Translations under genes and position numbers: made by a program
The notes under the pieces: model-generated
Told to the model about the DNA's origin: nothing
The model's input: only the letters and a program-made list of their open reading frames with translations
The model's database searches: none
Source: Monocercomonoides exilis PA203
Taxonomy: Eukaryota; Protista; Preaxostyla
Reading direction: 5' to 3'
NCBI GenBank assembly: GCA_001643675.2
Contig: LSRY02000072.1
Coordinates: 1 to 64,000, forward strand
DNA length: 64,000 bases
In this document: in pieces, positions 50,049 to 64,000 of the stretch
Layout: every line of letters begins with the position of its first letter
How positions within the stretch are numbered: the first letter of the stretch is position 1

Positions 50049-51509
50049 CATTGTCTTTTCCATTTTATTGTTTCGCATGTTTGAAACAGAAAACGAGAGT
50101 TATGTTTCGTTTTCTGAAAATCCCACTTTACAATGAATTTTTATGTTTTGTTTAGTCTTTTTATAATTTTCTTCATCATACGGACCATTTATGTATTTAT
50201 ATGCTTATCTATTTATTTACGCATATTTCTTTGATATTTATATATTTATTGCAATGTTCACTTTTGCTTATATAAACCATTTATATTCATGCTTTCCATG
50301 CTTGTTAAGTTTTTCCCATTTTCTATCCATTTGGAAGCCTTTCATTTTTTGGGAATTATTCCTATTCTTTTTTTATTATATTTTGTATATTATTACAAGT
50401 TATAATCAAGAGTGTATTTTTCATTTGAGTTATTTTTTGAAGTGTATTTACATCCTGTGAGTAGAGAATTGATGCCAATAAACTTATTCTTATCATTTTT
50501 TTTGGAGTGTTTTTGTTTTAATTCAATTTTTATATTTATTGTCAAGATTGTTGACTTATAAATCGTTTATAAATATCAACTTGACATTTTATATTGCTTA
50601 TCAATTTTTAAGAGTTATAGAATGAATTTTTTAACTTCTTTATTATAAAAAAATAAAGAAGAAATTTGAATTTTTTGGTTTTTCCATTTTTGATTTTCTT
50701 GTTTTTCAATGATTTATAAAATATTTTCTTTGAATCTGCATACATTTGAAAGAGGAGTCATCCCCTCTTTAGTTTCACATTCATTTTAACATTTCTACAA
50801 ATCATAATTAACTTAAAGTTTTCGTTTTGCCATTGTTATTTACACTATTCTGTCGATTAATGGAGTTATAAAATATTTTCAAATACAGCTTTATTATTTT
50901 TGTAAAACACTTGTCTTTCTTTTCATTCTTTTTTGAACATGTTGTTTTTGAAATCCAAAAAAGAGGAAATTTTAAAACTTAAATCAACAAATGTTTTTAG
51001 TCATTCAAACGCTATGCTTTCGTTCTATTGTATGTAAATGAATCGAAAAGAAATAACTCATCAATGTTTATAGAACGAATCATTCAAATCTTCCACTTTA
51101 TAACTTCAACATTTACAGTAAAAAAACCAAATAATAATAAATTGAAAGAACATCAAAATACAAAAACATTACAAATATAAATGGAAAACATTTCCAATAA
51201 AATTTATATAAAAAAGCTAAAAACATTCAATAATATTTCAAAAATTCTACATGTCAAAAATTCAAACATATGAACACACAAATAAAAACAATACTATTCA
51301 ACAAAATTATTTCACAAAAATTATAAAATAAAATCATTTAATAAGCATGAAAAGGAAAAACACTTTGAGCATTTCTTTTTTAAAAAAGTTAACAGAAAAA
51401 CTCTATTAAATTAAGAAGATTTATTGTTTATTGCTGTGCCTCTGTTGCACATGTCGCTAAAAATAAAATATTTTCCAAAAAAGAAGTTAAAGCAAAAACG
51501 ATAAATATA

Positions 51510-51998
51510 TTACAAACCATTTCCCCCTTTCAAAGAAAGGATTAACGACACAATCACACCATAAATAGCAAGAGCTTCAGCAAAAATGAGCACAAGCATC
51601 ATAGCAACAAAAACTTTTTGCTGCCTTCCAAATGCCCGTACTCCAGCATCTCCAGTAATGCCAATTGCAATTCCCGCAGCAAGACAACTTAATCCAACCG
51701 ATATTCCACTCGAAAGATGGGCAAATGCCACAGGTAAGGGGTAAACATTTTTAAGTCCTAATGTTATGACTAGCGATACAATTAATCCATATAAGCCTAA
51801 TACACCCGCAAGAATAGTGGGTAAAGAAGCTTTCATAACAAGCTGAGGGTGAGTTACACCCATCACAAGCATCCCAACTCCAGCCTTGGCAATTCCATAG
51901 CAAGATCCAAGATTTGCCAATCCAATCGAAACTGCTGCACCAATATAACCAAAAAATGTTGAATAAACCGGGCACAGCTCAGAAACAACAACTGTCAT
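51510..51998 (-). CDS. ATP6V0C: V-type H+-ATPase proteolipid subunit c (16 kDa)
   Basis: Four hydrophobic helices with the motifs CPVYSTFFG, LGSCYGIAKAG, AGVLGLYGLIV, GDAGVRA and LIFAEALAIYG, the last containing the proton-binding Glu. Confidence 0.97.
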   Translation of the reverse strand: MTVVVSELCPVYSTFFGYIGAAVSIGLANLGSCYGIAKAGVGMLVMGVTHPQLVMKASLPTILAGVLGLYGLIVSLVITLGLKNVYPLPVAFAHLSSGISVGLSCLAAGIAIGITGDAGVRAFGRQQKVFVAMMLVLIFAEALAIYGVIVSLILSLKGGNGL

Positions 51999-52842
51999 TT
52001 CGAAAAAAATATCTGATCTTGCCCATTTATTTTAAAATATTTTGTCTGTTTCTGCTTATTATCATCAACTCAAAAAGTGATTATTGTTTAAAATTATTAA
52101 AAATATCTATCTGAAATTGCACAAGTTTACAAGCATTGTTTATTTGTGCCTTTTTTTTTTTGTATTTGTCAACGATGACTGGATGAACGATATTTATGAT
52201 TTGTAAAGTCCGATGCTTTCTTTATCTTATTTGATTATTTCATTCTAAAAGATCATAAAAATAAAGCTAACTGATTTATTAATGTATCTTTTTCAGGACG
52301 CATCTCGAATTAAAAATCGCTATGATTTTCACAAATAAAAATTATTAATCTTTTGAATGGACACTAAAAAACATTTCAAACATTTCTCAACATATAAAAG
52401 CGCGACACGCTGAAACTTATATAGTGGAAAATGAAAAAACTGTGTTGAAAAGATAAAGATGACCTTGAAAAACATAGATGAAAAATCATTATTTCAACAA
52501 GAAGACTAAATAAAACTACTGTAATGATTTTCCTCTCAAGATCTTATAACAATGAAGAAGATCAATTTATTTACATAAAATAGATAGCAAAAAATTGTTA
52601 GTGTCTAAATAAACAAGTTTGTGAGTTGCTCTCAAAAAAAAATTTGAAATTAAGAGAAGAAAAATATATATACACAAATGGAAAAGCTTCCAAAATTCCA
52701 ACTGCATCATTCAAAGCAGCGAAAAGTATCACAAAAATTTGAAGTGTAATGTTAAGGTTGCAATATTCAACAAGCTTGGCTATTTCTTTGCAAAATCTAT
52801 CGTTATCGTAAATAAATATGAAATAAATATTGAAAATTGCTC

Positions 52843-55800
52843 TTATAAATCAGCAAAAATATCAGTTGATGATGAGCTGGACGAAGAACAGTCATCGGCT
52901 GTTCCATCATCGAAATATGATGAAAACGAAGAGTTTTGTTCATTGGCATCCTTCTCTTCTTCTCGTCTCTTACGCTTTTTCTGTTTGCTATTCCTCTTGT
53001 CGGATTCCACAACCTCCGCTTTCATCAGCTCCATCAGTAGTTCTTCGTCTTCATCTTCCATTTGGTTCTGTCCCAACATCCACTTCTGCTTTCTCTGCCT
53101 TCGTGCCTTCTCCCTTTGCTCTGTTTCCCACTTTCTTTCAATCCACCAACGTGTATCAAGCTCGTCATCAATTAGCCTCGATGTTGATGAATCTTCATCG
53201 GACTCACTTGAATAATCATTTCCTTCATCCAAACCTCTTCCATTTTTCACCTTTTCGTTCAATTGCTTTCTCCTTCCACCATTCCTATTCCTTCTCATCT
53301 TTATCTCTTCTTTTTCTTTGTCTTCCCCAAAAGCTTTTCTCTTTATTCCGATATCCTCCCACTCCATCCAACCATTCAACTTTACTCGCAATCCACAGCT
53401 CTGGCAACTTTGTCTTCCAAATGGAACCATTTGAGGAAAAACTGCTCCACTAACAGTTATTTCTGACCAGTCATCAGATAAACAAAACATATCCATTGCA
53501 CCGCATTCTTCAAGTATCATTCGAATACCGTCCATCCTTTCACAGTCGACGCACACCATTAAATCCTCTTTTGCTAATGAATCATCCGCAGTTTGTCCTG
53601 AATTTTCCTTTTCTTCAAGCTTGATATCCGCTTGAGATGATGATTTGCTTTTTTTCTCGCCCATGAAAATGCTTCCATTTTCATGTTGTTTTTCGTTCCC
53701 TTCATTCTGTTGTTGCATTGGTAGAGCAATGGATGTTGAGAAATTCATTCCAACGTTATGTGTCTTTGTTGTTGTCCTTTTCAATGTTGGAACTTTTATC
53801 ATTGTTTTTTGTATCGCATCCCCATTGTTGAATTCATCATTTCGATCATTCAATATTTCTCCTCTATTTCTTGTCTCAAAAGTATCTGCATCAGACCAGT
53901 TTGTAGTTGTTGCTGATCGAAAACTCTCAAATCCAAAATCGTCATTGCGATCATCATAATCATCACCATATTCGGTTGCTCTTTTCTCGCATCCGTCCAC
54001 CCGAGTTATGAATCTATTCAAATTGCGATCTTCTCCAAGAACTTCATTTTTGCTTTCTTTTGTTGTTTGCTTCTCTTCTGAATAAGACTCAACTGTTGTT
54101 TCTTTGACTTCATTGTTTGTGCCAACGGGAAGATTGTGCTCGTCTTTTTCTTTTGAACTATTAATCGTATTAATTGCAGTACAACTGTTAAACGCCGCTG
54201 AGTTTCCTGTTATTCTTCCGCTTTCATTTTGGCTATCTGACTGTGATGGATGTTCTGCTTCTTTTCCAGACAATTGAGAAACTGAAAGATCATATTCATC
54301 TGTTTCCTCTTGAAATCTCTTTGATTCGATAATGTTTGAACTATCTTGTTGCCTGTGTATTGTGTTTGGCGAATAGAATGATGAAGTTGTTGACTCGCTC
54401 TCATCAAGCTTCAAAGATGCTTTTGATTTGATGTTTTGATTATCAAACAGACTTTCTTGGTGTGAACCAATTGTATCTGTTGAAAAGCATTTTATCCATT
54501 GTAAGTCTTCAAACACTCCCCTTTTCCCACCTGGAAGGATTGCAACAGATTCATAATTGTTCAATGCAGTTGCATCCATTTCATTGCTGTCACTTGGACA
54601 TTGCATTTCTTCTGCCTCTAAATCAATGTCAGCCACTTTTTCGTTTGAAGCTTCGCAATTTTGCAATTCTTCATTTCTTTGCTCAATATGCTCCTGTTGC
54701 TGCAAATTATATAGTTGTGCTTCCTCTTCACCTTTCTTTCCAGGAGTCGCAATCATTTCTTCGCTCTGACTCGACTGTATGAAAAAGCCATCTTCATTCC
54801 CATCACAATTTCTCCACAAATTTTCGCTGTGCGAACATTCGTTCAGATGCTCAGCAGATTCACTAAGATGCTTGTTTTGCTGCTTTTGCTTTAGCTTTTC
54901 CGTTTCCATATATCCGTCAGTCACTGCTTTGCTGATTTCACAAAAAGACTTCTGATGAATGCTCGCATTTTCCTCTGGAAATGACGCATCATTTTCACTC
55001 TCCTCGCTGGTGTGAAGGGCTGGTGTCAAAGGGGCAGAGCCTGTTGATAGGATTAATGCTTGGCCCGAACCAACCATCTTTCGTGAAGCAAGCAGAGGAA
55101 CAGATAGATGAGTTTTTGTTGATGGGCGCGAATAAGAAAGAGAGGAAGATGTTTGTGAGTGTGGAGACAAGATAGCATTCGAAAACGAAGAAGAAATTGA
55201 AGATGAGAATCGACGAATAAGATGTGTATGTGATTGCTGTGAATAACCTAAAGATGTTGCAGGCGTGATAGATGGGAAGGATGCCTCAGAGTTATCTTGG
55301 AGTGACTGTGTGGATTCCGCCATCAACGTATCCAAATCATTCGATGAATCATCACGCGAATCATTGCTCAAAATTCCAAATGACCTGATATCTCTTCTTC
55401 TGTTTTCTCTCTTCTTCCTCCATTTTCGATGTAATTTTTCTCTTTCTGCTTGTTCCATCCTCCACTGCTTCCATCTCGCAGTCCTTGCTAAATCAAGAAC
55501 TTCCCATTCAGTATTGTCAACTGAATCATCAACTGGTATGCAGCCAACAAAGATGCACGAGACTTCAGCTATCTTCTGAAGTAGATGAACCATCTTCATT
55601 ATTTCTGGCATTTGAAACTGTGTTTTTGCTGGATAAAGCCATTGAGCTGCTCGAAAGGCTGGCCTTGTTGCATGTCTCTTGTGTGAGTGACTGAGCAGAC
55701 TAAGTGTCGTGTTGTTCATAAACCAATTGATATTGCTTGCAATATTATCCTTTTTGTCTTTGGGCAAACGAGCAATTTCTGGGTTGGAAGATGAAAATGC

Positions 55801-58800
55801 GGATGATGAAACATTACGTTCATTTTTCCGTTTCATTCCTTTAAGTTCATCTTCAAAAGAAGTTTGAACGTGTCCAGTGAAAAATGATCTGCTGTGTGCA
55901 ATTGCAGAGTAACTCAGCTCTGCTTTTGGATGCTTTTCCAGTAAAATTATAGGTTTTGAAGCACTAAGATCGTTTGTTGAGCCAATTCTATCTTTTATTT
56001 CCTGTTCTTCTTTTAAAGCGCAAGTCCAATTCTCTCTTTCCTTTGACAGTTTCTGCTTGTTGTTCTTCCTCTCCTTTCTTGTTATTCTTTTCAACCATTT
56101 ACCAGCTTCTTCAGAAAGCGCAATGATGGCGTCTTCGTCGCCTCGTTCTCTGATGATAATGAAAGGATTTACAAAAAGGACAGATTCAAAGATGCTCTCG
56201 ATCAGTTCACATTCGCTCACAAGACCCCACGCAAACTGGGACGAAGGTGTGTTTGATGTGGTAAATAAAGTGCCATCAAGCGAGAAAATGGGAGGTTTAA
56301 ATGCAAATGATGTGGTGGAAGAAAAAGAACCAGAAGAAAAGCACGCATATGATGAACTTGTTTGAAATGGCAGAACAGACATCGAAGAGCCAGAAGGGTT
56401 TTTCTTGTTGATTTCATAAGCCAATGAAGAAGAAGAACGCAAAGACGATGTTTTGTTGCGGCGCTTCCCAACAATTGAGTGAAAATAGTTGTTTTGTGTT
56501 GAATCCTCTTCAGTAGCACCTTTGTTAGAATTGCTTCTGTTTGCTTGTTGCTGTTGTGAATACCGTCTCAGTTTAATCTTAACCAGTTCTTTTTCCTCAT
56601 TCAAAAATGTTGCGACATATTGATTATCTTCCTTCAGCAGCTCCAGCAGGCACTTTAGAACTTCTGCTTTGCATGCAGAATACCACTCTTCTGTCCATCG
56701 TCTATGTAACCCCTTTGAAAAGTACGTATCAAATCTAGCATCACCTGACTCAGGTGCATTGGCATTTATTGAATTTAAAAGAGAAGAGTGGATGGATGTT
56801 GAGGCATTAGAAGGAAGTGTATTTGATTGAGATGTGGATGAAGATGTTGCAGAAGATCTGTCATTGTTTTGGATAGGTGGAAGGAAAGACTGATTAAGCA
56901 AGGCAGGAGAAGGAGAAGGTTGAGGAGAAGGAGAAAGGTCCAGTATGCGTGGTGGAACAGAAAGTGGCAACGCAAACTGTGGAATGGGCTGAGCAATTGA
57001 TGAAGGATGCAGAGTGCTTGAAGAGTTGGATTCACCATTGAAAGAGCTGAAAAGAGGATTCGAGGTGTTTACTGAAAATGCTGAGTGATTTTGAGTCTGT
57101 TCGTTTGAAGGTGATGGTTTGTATGTGAGTAACATCGCTAGATTTGAAGCAACTGTTGGTGACAATAGCACGATAAAAGCAGGAAACATAGGAAACACAT
57201 AGCTCATCATGTTGACTATGATTCCTCCTTCCAATGCAGACAGAATGATGCATTCTTTTGCATTCCACATCAATTGTAGTTGTGTTTCATTCAACTCGCA
57301 TTCTTTGCTGCTCTTCGTTTGCAGTTGAGATACACTCATTGTTGGTTTTTTATCAGAATTATTTCCAGCTGATTTCTCACCTTTAACTTGCCTTTCCACA
57401 TCTTCTCCTACTCCTCTTTTAGTGCAATTTTCTCTGCTTTGAGAGTCATTTTCATCGCACTCATCGTGTTCGCTTTTGAGAACCATTGCCCACTCCTCCA
57501 CTTTTGCACTCATACCCTTCACTATAATCTGATTTACAAGTCCCAGAATCGACAGTTGTGAGATCAGAGTTGAGGAAATAAAGCCTTGAATCAGCTGTGT
57601 GGATGAACGTGGACGAACAGCAACATATGGCATGGATAACGGGAAAGAGTCGCAGGAGGCACTTGATGACGAAGCCAGGTACTTTTCAGAACATGATGGA
57701 CAAGATGGTTGAGAAGGACACAGAGAAGCAGCATCCAGAGACTGGGCATTCTGAATAGTACAGGAATCTTTGCCGTTTCGAAATAAAAAGTCAATAACTG
57801 TTTGCTTTGTGCATGTCTCTGGAAACACTCGTTCTTCACTGTCCAAAAACGAAGAGTTGTGTTGTGAATATAATGATGCAGTTTGCGTATGTGGAACAAG
57901 CTGAATGCTCTGCTGGAAAGGTGATGGAGTACCCGGAGTCATCCCAATTTGCGAAAAAGAGGAGATGGCATTCATAACCATGGCTTGGGTGTTAAGCATG
58001 TGGAATGAAAAAAGTGTAGCAAGTGGTGTAATGGGATTTTTGGAGGTTTGCCGGAATAACTGCCTGCTTTGAGCTTGCTGAGCACTTATCATTTGATGGT
58101 TTGTTTTTTCTGCATTGTTTTTAGGGACCATATCATAATTGATATTTGCGTTCAATCTGTTTTCTTCGCTTTCATTACCATTGCTTTCAAGCATAACTGA
58201 AGTCATTCCTTGCGTATCATTCTCAATTGAATAATCTCTTTCTCCTTTTTCTTCAGCATTCAAATCTTCGCTTCCAGCATATCCATTTTGCATTTTACAC
58301 TGCTTAGTGTTTCTATCATATGAATTTCCTTGAAATAGTCTGATAAGAGACCGAGTTGGCCCGTACTGTGGAATAGCAGAAGAAGATGCTGATGATGAAG
58401 GATTGTTGAAGTCAAATCCCAACCCCATCGATTCAATCTGCATTGATGGATCTAAAGCTGATGTTGACTGTATCACAGAAAGCGAGGCATTTGGCAGTAG
58501 TAATGCAACGGTTGATGCATATCTTGCTGTGATAGGAGAGAAAAGCAAAGTTGATTCTGAGTTCAACACAACGCTGTTGCTACTTCCCCCACCAGAGCCG
58601 AAAACAGACTTGTGGAAGAGGTGGGAAGCAGGCGAGGAAGGTGTGATAGGAGGGGTTGATGAAGATTGGGAGCGAGATGAGCAGCTTGATGGGGAAGTGA
58701 GTGGAGTCAGTTGAGCCTGAGAAGAGCGTGTGGAATGAGAAAGAGAAGTGTAAGTGTAGTGAGAGGAGGACGATGTAATGGCAGAGCTTGACGATGAAAG

Positions 58801-61800
58801 TGCAGCAGAAACAGTGACTGCTTTACTTGAAACAGAGGCAGATGGAGATAAAGGCAGTGATGAGTATGAAACAGGAGATAGCGGAAAGAATGCAGAAGAT
58901 GAAAAGGACTTCGCTTTTGGTGACGAAGAAGCAATGGTAGGTGTGCAGAAAAACATCTGTGACTGTTTGGTGAGCAGAGTGCGCGATGGGAAAAGCAATG
59001 ATGTTTTCATTGGGGAGCGGGTGGATGTAGGTGATGACGCAAATGGCGAAGATGGAGTGAAAGAGCTTATTTGAGATAAAGTACAGCCATGCAAAGAGTG
59101 TGGAGAGGAAGAGGAGGATAAAGCGCCACGTGGAGAACGAGAGGGCACAAGTAAATGATCAATTTTCTGAATTTCTGGTGAGTGGGATGGTGTAACAGAG
59201 CAAGAGGAAATGCACGGTGACTGGGAAGGAGAATGAGAGGGCGTTGAAGAGATGGTGATTGGTTGCGTTGTAGTTGTAGTCGCAACTTCGGAATTTGATG
59301 ATGCTGATGCTGATGCTGATGTTGATGTTGAAGAAGAAGTGGAAGTAGAAGTGTAGTGATAGCCAGAAGAAGAGGATGATACTTGTTTATGCTCGCCATT
59401 TCCTTCTTCATCTCTTTCTTCATCGACTTCCTGAATTACTCCGATCATTGTGAGATCTCTTTCTTTGAGCAGATCCTCCTCCATCTCCATCAGTTCAGGA
59501 ATTTCCTCCTGTTCTTCTCCATTCACAAACATTCTTTCATATTCTCTTTCCTCCTCTCTGTTTCCGCTTTCATCAAGCTGAGCATTTGATAGTCTCTTCT
59601 GACTCTCCCCATTTGTTTGTCCTTGCATCTGTGCTGTGATTGATTCTAATTTGGATATCTGGCTATCATCAAAAGATTCTGTCTGTTCTGTTGATGCAAT
59701 ATCTTCAAAGCGAATGGGAAAGAGTAATTCACGTTTGGATCCTTCACTGCACTCTGACCTGCTTCTCGCTGAATGTTCGCTGATCGCACCTTCTCTTTCA
59801 GATACACTGCAGCTCCCTCTTTCTCGTTCTTCAAATGAGAAAGGCGAATCTTTGTATCTAACACTTTCTCTTTCACTAGCTTCATTTGGTTTTCTTCCTA
59901 TTCCTCGTTCTTGTTCTTGCTCCTCTCCTTCAGCAACTGTTGCCTCATATCCCCATTCCTTCTTCTGGTTTTCTCTAATCTTCTGCATCTCTGCCAGTGC
60001 AGCTTCCATTAACTCTTCTTTCTCTCTTTCTCTTTCTCTCTCCAACATTTCTTCCTTCTCTCTTTCTGCTGCCTCCTTCTGCTTCTCCTCAATAATTATT
60101 GAAATTACCGGATTTGCCCACCACACTCCATTCAACAACCTGGTCAGGTTGTAGAACAGAACAGAAAGAAGAGACAAAGGAGAACGTGTTGATTCAGGGT
60201 CATTGCCTTTGGGTTGAAGATCAGACGGAATAGAAAGTGTCTGTGAAGAAGAAGAGAAAATTGGATATTTCAAAGGAACTTCGTGAGATTCAAGCTGTGT
60301 GTTAGAAAAACAACTGTCATTGCCATTATGAATGTTCTCATTTTTTGCATTGTTTTTACTGTTGTTTGAGCTTCGAGTATTTTCATAGTTTTTATTTCCA
60401 TTCTTTTTTGTATCTTTCTTTTTCAGTTGATTTTTGTCTTTTTGCTTGGAAATAGAAGTTCTTTCACTCATTTCTGCAACCTCTCTGTATTTTGCAGATC
60501 GAAGCAAGAACGAGAAAAGCAGAGGAGAAGAACGAAGAAGATCGCGAATGGAGCAGAAAAGGAAAGGAAAAGAAGGATGGATTGGTGTTAGATAAGAAAG
60601 GAGAGGAATGGTTGCAGAGAGCATTGAATAGGATAAGCCCAATGGAATTGTCTCTGTGAAGAAAAAACGCACAGTTGAATAGAAAATTTAAATAATGAAA
60701 TAAAATCATAAAAATAACGTAAATACAAAATAATTGTAAAAAAGCAATAAGTGTTTATAATTTAAATAAAAACTTCCTATTTGAACGATTCCCAAAACGC
60801 ATTCATACCATTTATCTGAGGTGCAATGATTGACAGTGCTTCGCATGCAATTCTGAGTCTTGTGAGTGGATTTGTCTCAACATTTGTGTCTGCTGCAACA
60901 TGCTTCTCAATCGACGATAAGAGAATGTCATCATGCAAGCAAGCATTGACAATGCGGTTCATGCTACGCTCAGCCAGAAAAAGGCCAGCTCTACCGTTAA
61001 ACAGGGCATCAAGATGAGACTCCGTTAGTTTCTGTTCAGACAACTTTTGGCGAGTGCTGGAAGATAAATGCGGTAGAAAAGAAGAGTGTGAAAGTTCTTG
61101 CTCTTGAGCTAAAATGATTTCTGTATCGTAATTTTGGTTCATCATCTTGTCTTGTGAAAGACCGTCTTTTGCTGTTTTATCAATAAGATTGGAGTTGCCA
61201 TTGATTAGCCCCTCTTTTAAACGAGTGCCTTCTGCTTGAGGGCAATGTGTTACCGAATGAGATGTTTCCAGTGCAGATGAAGACAAAACAATTGGTAAAT
61301 CTGAAAACAGTTCATCGTGCAGTTTATTTGTGTGTTTGTGTTTGTTCTTTGCATTCAGTTTTTCTGATGATAAATGCAAAGAAATGCACTCTTCTTCTTT
61401 TGAATTTGTTTGCTGGATTTTTATTTGTTTGTCCTTCTTTTCTTCATTCTCCAAATTATCATCGTTTTCTCTTTCCTCAGCATCATCACTCTCATCACCT
61501 TCTTCCTCGTCAGATGTTTCCTCCTCCTCTCCAAAATCTCCTTCATCCATCCAAAACAGATACCTGTGATGCCTTCTCCACTGTTCATGACTCAAATACT
61601 TCTCGATTGTTCTTTCTCCTCTTCCAACCATCTCAATCAGAACTGTCACACAACTACACACATCTTTCAAGTTTCCTTCCTCCTCATCTTCACCTTCATC
61701 TCCTTTCCCGTTTCCTTCTTCTTCCTCTTCTTCTTTACCATCATCTTTCTCTTTCTCTTTTCCTTTCCCTTCTTTCCCTTCCTTTCTCGTATCCTTTTTC

Positions 61801-62881
61801 TTTCTCTCGTCCTCTGTCTTCATCCTCTTCAGTCTCCGCATTCTCCTCACCCTCTTTGGCTTTATATCATCCGATCTTTTAGCTTTCGGCTTCTTCTTCT
61901 TTGTATCTCCTTTCAGCGCTTTTTGCATCTTCTGCAAATACGCCCACACCATCGCCATCCGCTCCTTCTGACTGAATGTGCCGCCTTTCGTTCCTTTCAA
62001 GATGAGCAGCAGAATGCTGTCAGCAGAAATGCTCTCGAAATAGAATCGGAACGAGTTGAACAGCAAGTCATCGTCAATCGCACCTTTCCTGGCAATGCAT
62101 TCGAGAATGTAGAGAGACAGCGACAATGGTGAAGGGAGAGAAAGGGATGAGGGAATTGTCAATGAAGATGTGGAAGGAAGGAAAGATGGAATGTCTTTGG
62201 GGAAGTTTGCAGATGGAAAAGAGGAGGAGGAAGAGGAGGTGCCAGTCGCAGCAGGTTTGCTAACAGACTGTTCGAATGGGATCGGAGAGAAGAGCATTGG
62301 TGGTGGGGGAGAGTCAGGTTTGTGTTCAGTTGCATCAAGAGAAGACGTTGATGTCAAAGAGGAAGGGATTTTTAAACTTAAAGGCTGATGTGTTGTGTTC
62401 GTATCAGCATAAGAAACATCAACATTTGGAGCGAGAGGAAAAGCACTTTCAGCTTTCATTTCAACTGACACACAGCTAAAGAATGGGAGGATGTTGAGAA
62501 GCGAGGCCAAAGGGAATGAAAGCTGAGGAGAAGTCACAAGGGCAGGTAAGTTAGTGAATGAGAGATAATGAGATTTTGGTGAACGGGGCGAAACTGCACC
62601 AGAAAGTGAAAGAGAAGTTGAAGTCGACAGAAAAGAGGGAGAAGATGGATGGATGATGTTTGCAGCAGGAGATGTGGAGGAAAAAGACATTGCAGAGGAA
62701 GATGAAGATGAAGAGGTGGAGGAGGATGAAGATGATGAAACCAACGATGCACCAGCTGAGTGGTTGTTTTGTTGTATTTGTGGAGTTGTATAGAATGTGA
62801 ATGTGCGAGAAAGTGTTCGCCTTGTGAGAATATGTTCCTGATAAGATGGAGAAGACGGAATAATTAAGCCAACTGATGATG

Positions 62882-62913
<32 letters not shown>

Positions 62914-64000
62914 ACATTTGCAGAGACAGGAATTAATGGGGTTGGCAGAGCAGCAGCCGATACTAACCTGAAAGCAGATGGAGCAATGGACAAAGCAGCA
63001 GATGAGGCAATTGAAGGAAAGGCAGCTGAGCATTGATTAGCGTGTTCTCTTTTTTCAAACTGTAGCTGTCTGGTTTGATAGGCAACATGTGCAGGGAAAG
63101 GGACTGAAGTGCTTCGAGGTCTGCTGATGCTGCCGAATGCGCGAGGTGTCAGAAAAGATGAAGGAGATGATGGAACAGGCGATGGAGGAGCAGGAGACGA
63201 AGGAGCAGGGGAAGTCGGAGTTGAAGAAGGAATTGACAACGGGCCTGAAACATAGCCAGCCCCAAAGGTAGACGAAGATGGAGTCAAGTTTGATATGAGA
63301 TTTGCGTTTGACAGGTGTGATGCAGAAGCCACTTCGGATATTCCAGGCGAGTTGGGCTCAGAATATTGACTGAGGCTGCTTTCAGAGGCAGTCAGCTTGC
63401 GAGCACATTCGTCGTTGCGTTGCTCGTCAAACGGAGCAGACAAAGAAGGTAGACAGAACTCAGATGCACTGGAAAAGCGATGCTGGCCAAACTCGACGCT
63501 GACTGGCGAGACGGGTTCGTTCCGTTTGGATGCATCTTCTCTCAGTGCGTTGCTCAAAGAAAAGCTAATTGCAGCGTTTGTGCCTCCTTCTTTCCTTTTC
63601 TCTTTCTCTTTCTCTTTCTCTTCTGAGTCTTTCTCTCGCATCTGCCCGAAGTTTCGCACTGAGTTCGCTGTGACTGCACCAAATGCGCTGTTTCTGTTGT
63701 CTGCAAAACGAGCATTTGAGGGTGGGTCATCCAAAATGAGTCCTATTCGCGGTGATGATAAGCTTTCAGTGATGAATTTGGAAGGAGTTGAGGTTGAGTT
63801 CTGAATGGGGCGGGGAGGAGAGAGGAAAGGAAGGAGCACAGAATGCGAGGTGTATGTGGGGTGTTTCAGGGAGGGGTTGTTGGTTGAGGAGGAGGAGGAG
63901 GATGAAGAAGGGATTTGAATGCTTGGAGATGGATGTTTGGGAAGTGGAGAAAGAGGCAGAGGAAGTGGAAGTGGAAGAGGAGGATGTGAATTATGTCCTT
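52843..64000 (-). CDS. Giant low-complexity protein (more than 3,600 aa), 5' end outside the window; weak SAPS/PP6R-like segment
   Basis: ORFs 60777-63839 and 52843-60672 join in frame through a 155-nt phase-1 intron at 60808-60654 (G|GTATGA..TTCACAG|AG). The frame stays open to the window edge. Confidence 0.75.

Noticed and set aside
46244-63804. Numerous short overlapping or antisense ORFs within the two giant genes
   Set aside because: They are shadow frames of low-complexity coding sequence.
1-64000. CRISPR arrays, rRNA genes, reverse transcriptase
   Set aside because: No repeat-spacer array, rRNA-like conserved sequence or RT motif (YxDD in an RT context) was recognised.

Overview
This is the left end of an AT-rich eukaryotic chromosome with short GT-AG introns and the standard genetic code. 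The multicopy 'HNLTRLAYQSAW' family and the Ser-rich giant ORFs suggest an oxymonad such as Monocercomonoides; that is recognition from memory and is not verified. A (CCCTAA)n telomere fills 1-2448. Directly next to it is a tyrosine-recombinase (YR) gene with a complete R-K-HxxR-W-Y catalytic set, transcribed towards the telomere and reading into it. A short same-orientation telomeric tract lies 2.56 kb inward (5009-5028), so the YR unit is bracketed by direct telomeric repeats. This is the best candidate for an undescribed system: a telomere-targeting Crypton-like element, or a telomerase-healed break. The subtelomere (about 5-44 kb) holds six copies of a 3-exon multigene family (intact, truncated and decayed) and two inverted TA-flanked pogo-like DDE transposon relics. 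It also holds several non-autonomous long-TIR foldback elements with GGGTTA-like termini, one of which encloses a family copy in Pack-element fashion, plus an RBR E3 ligase and decayed gene fragments. The three large inverted-repeat pairs have near-identical cores and diverged edges, a gene-conversion or inversion signature. From about 45 kb the genes look ordinary and intact: an RRM plus Ser-rich gene, V-ATPase subunit c, and a gene of more than 3,600 codons that runs off the right edge.
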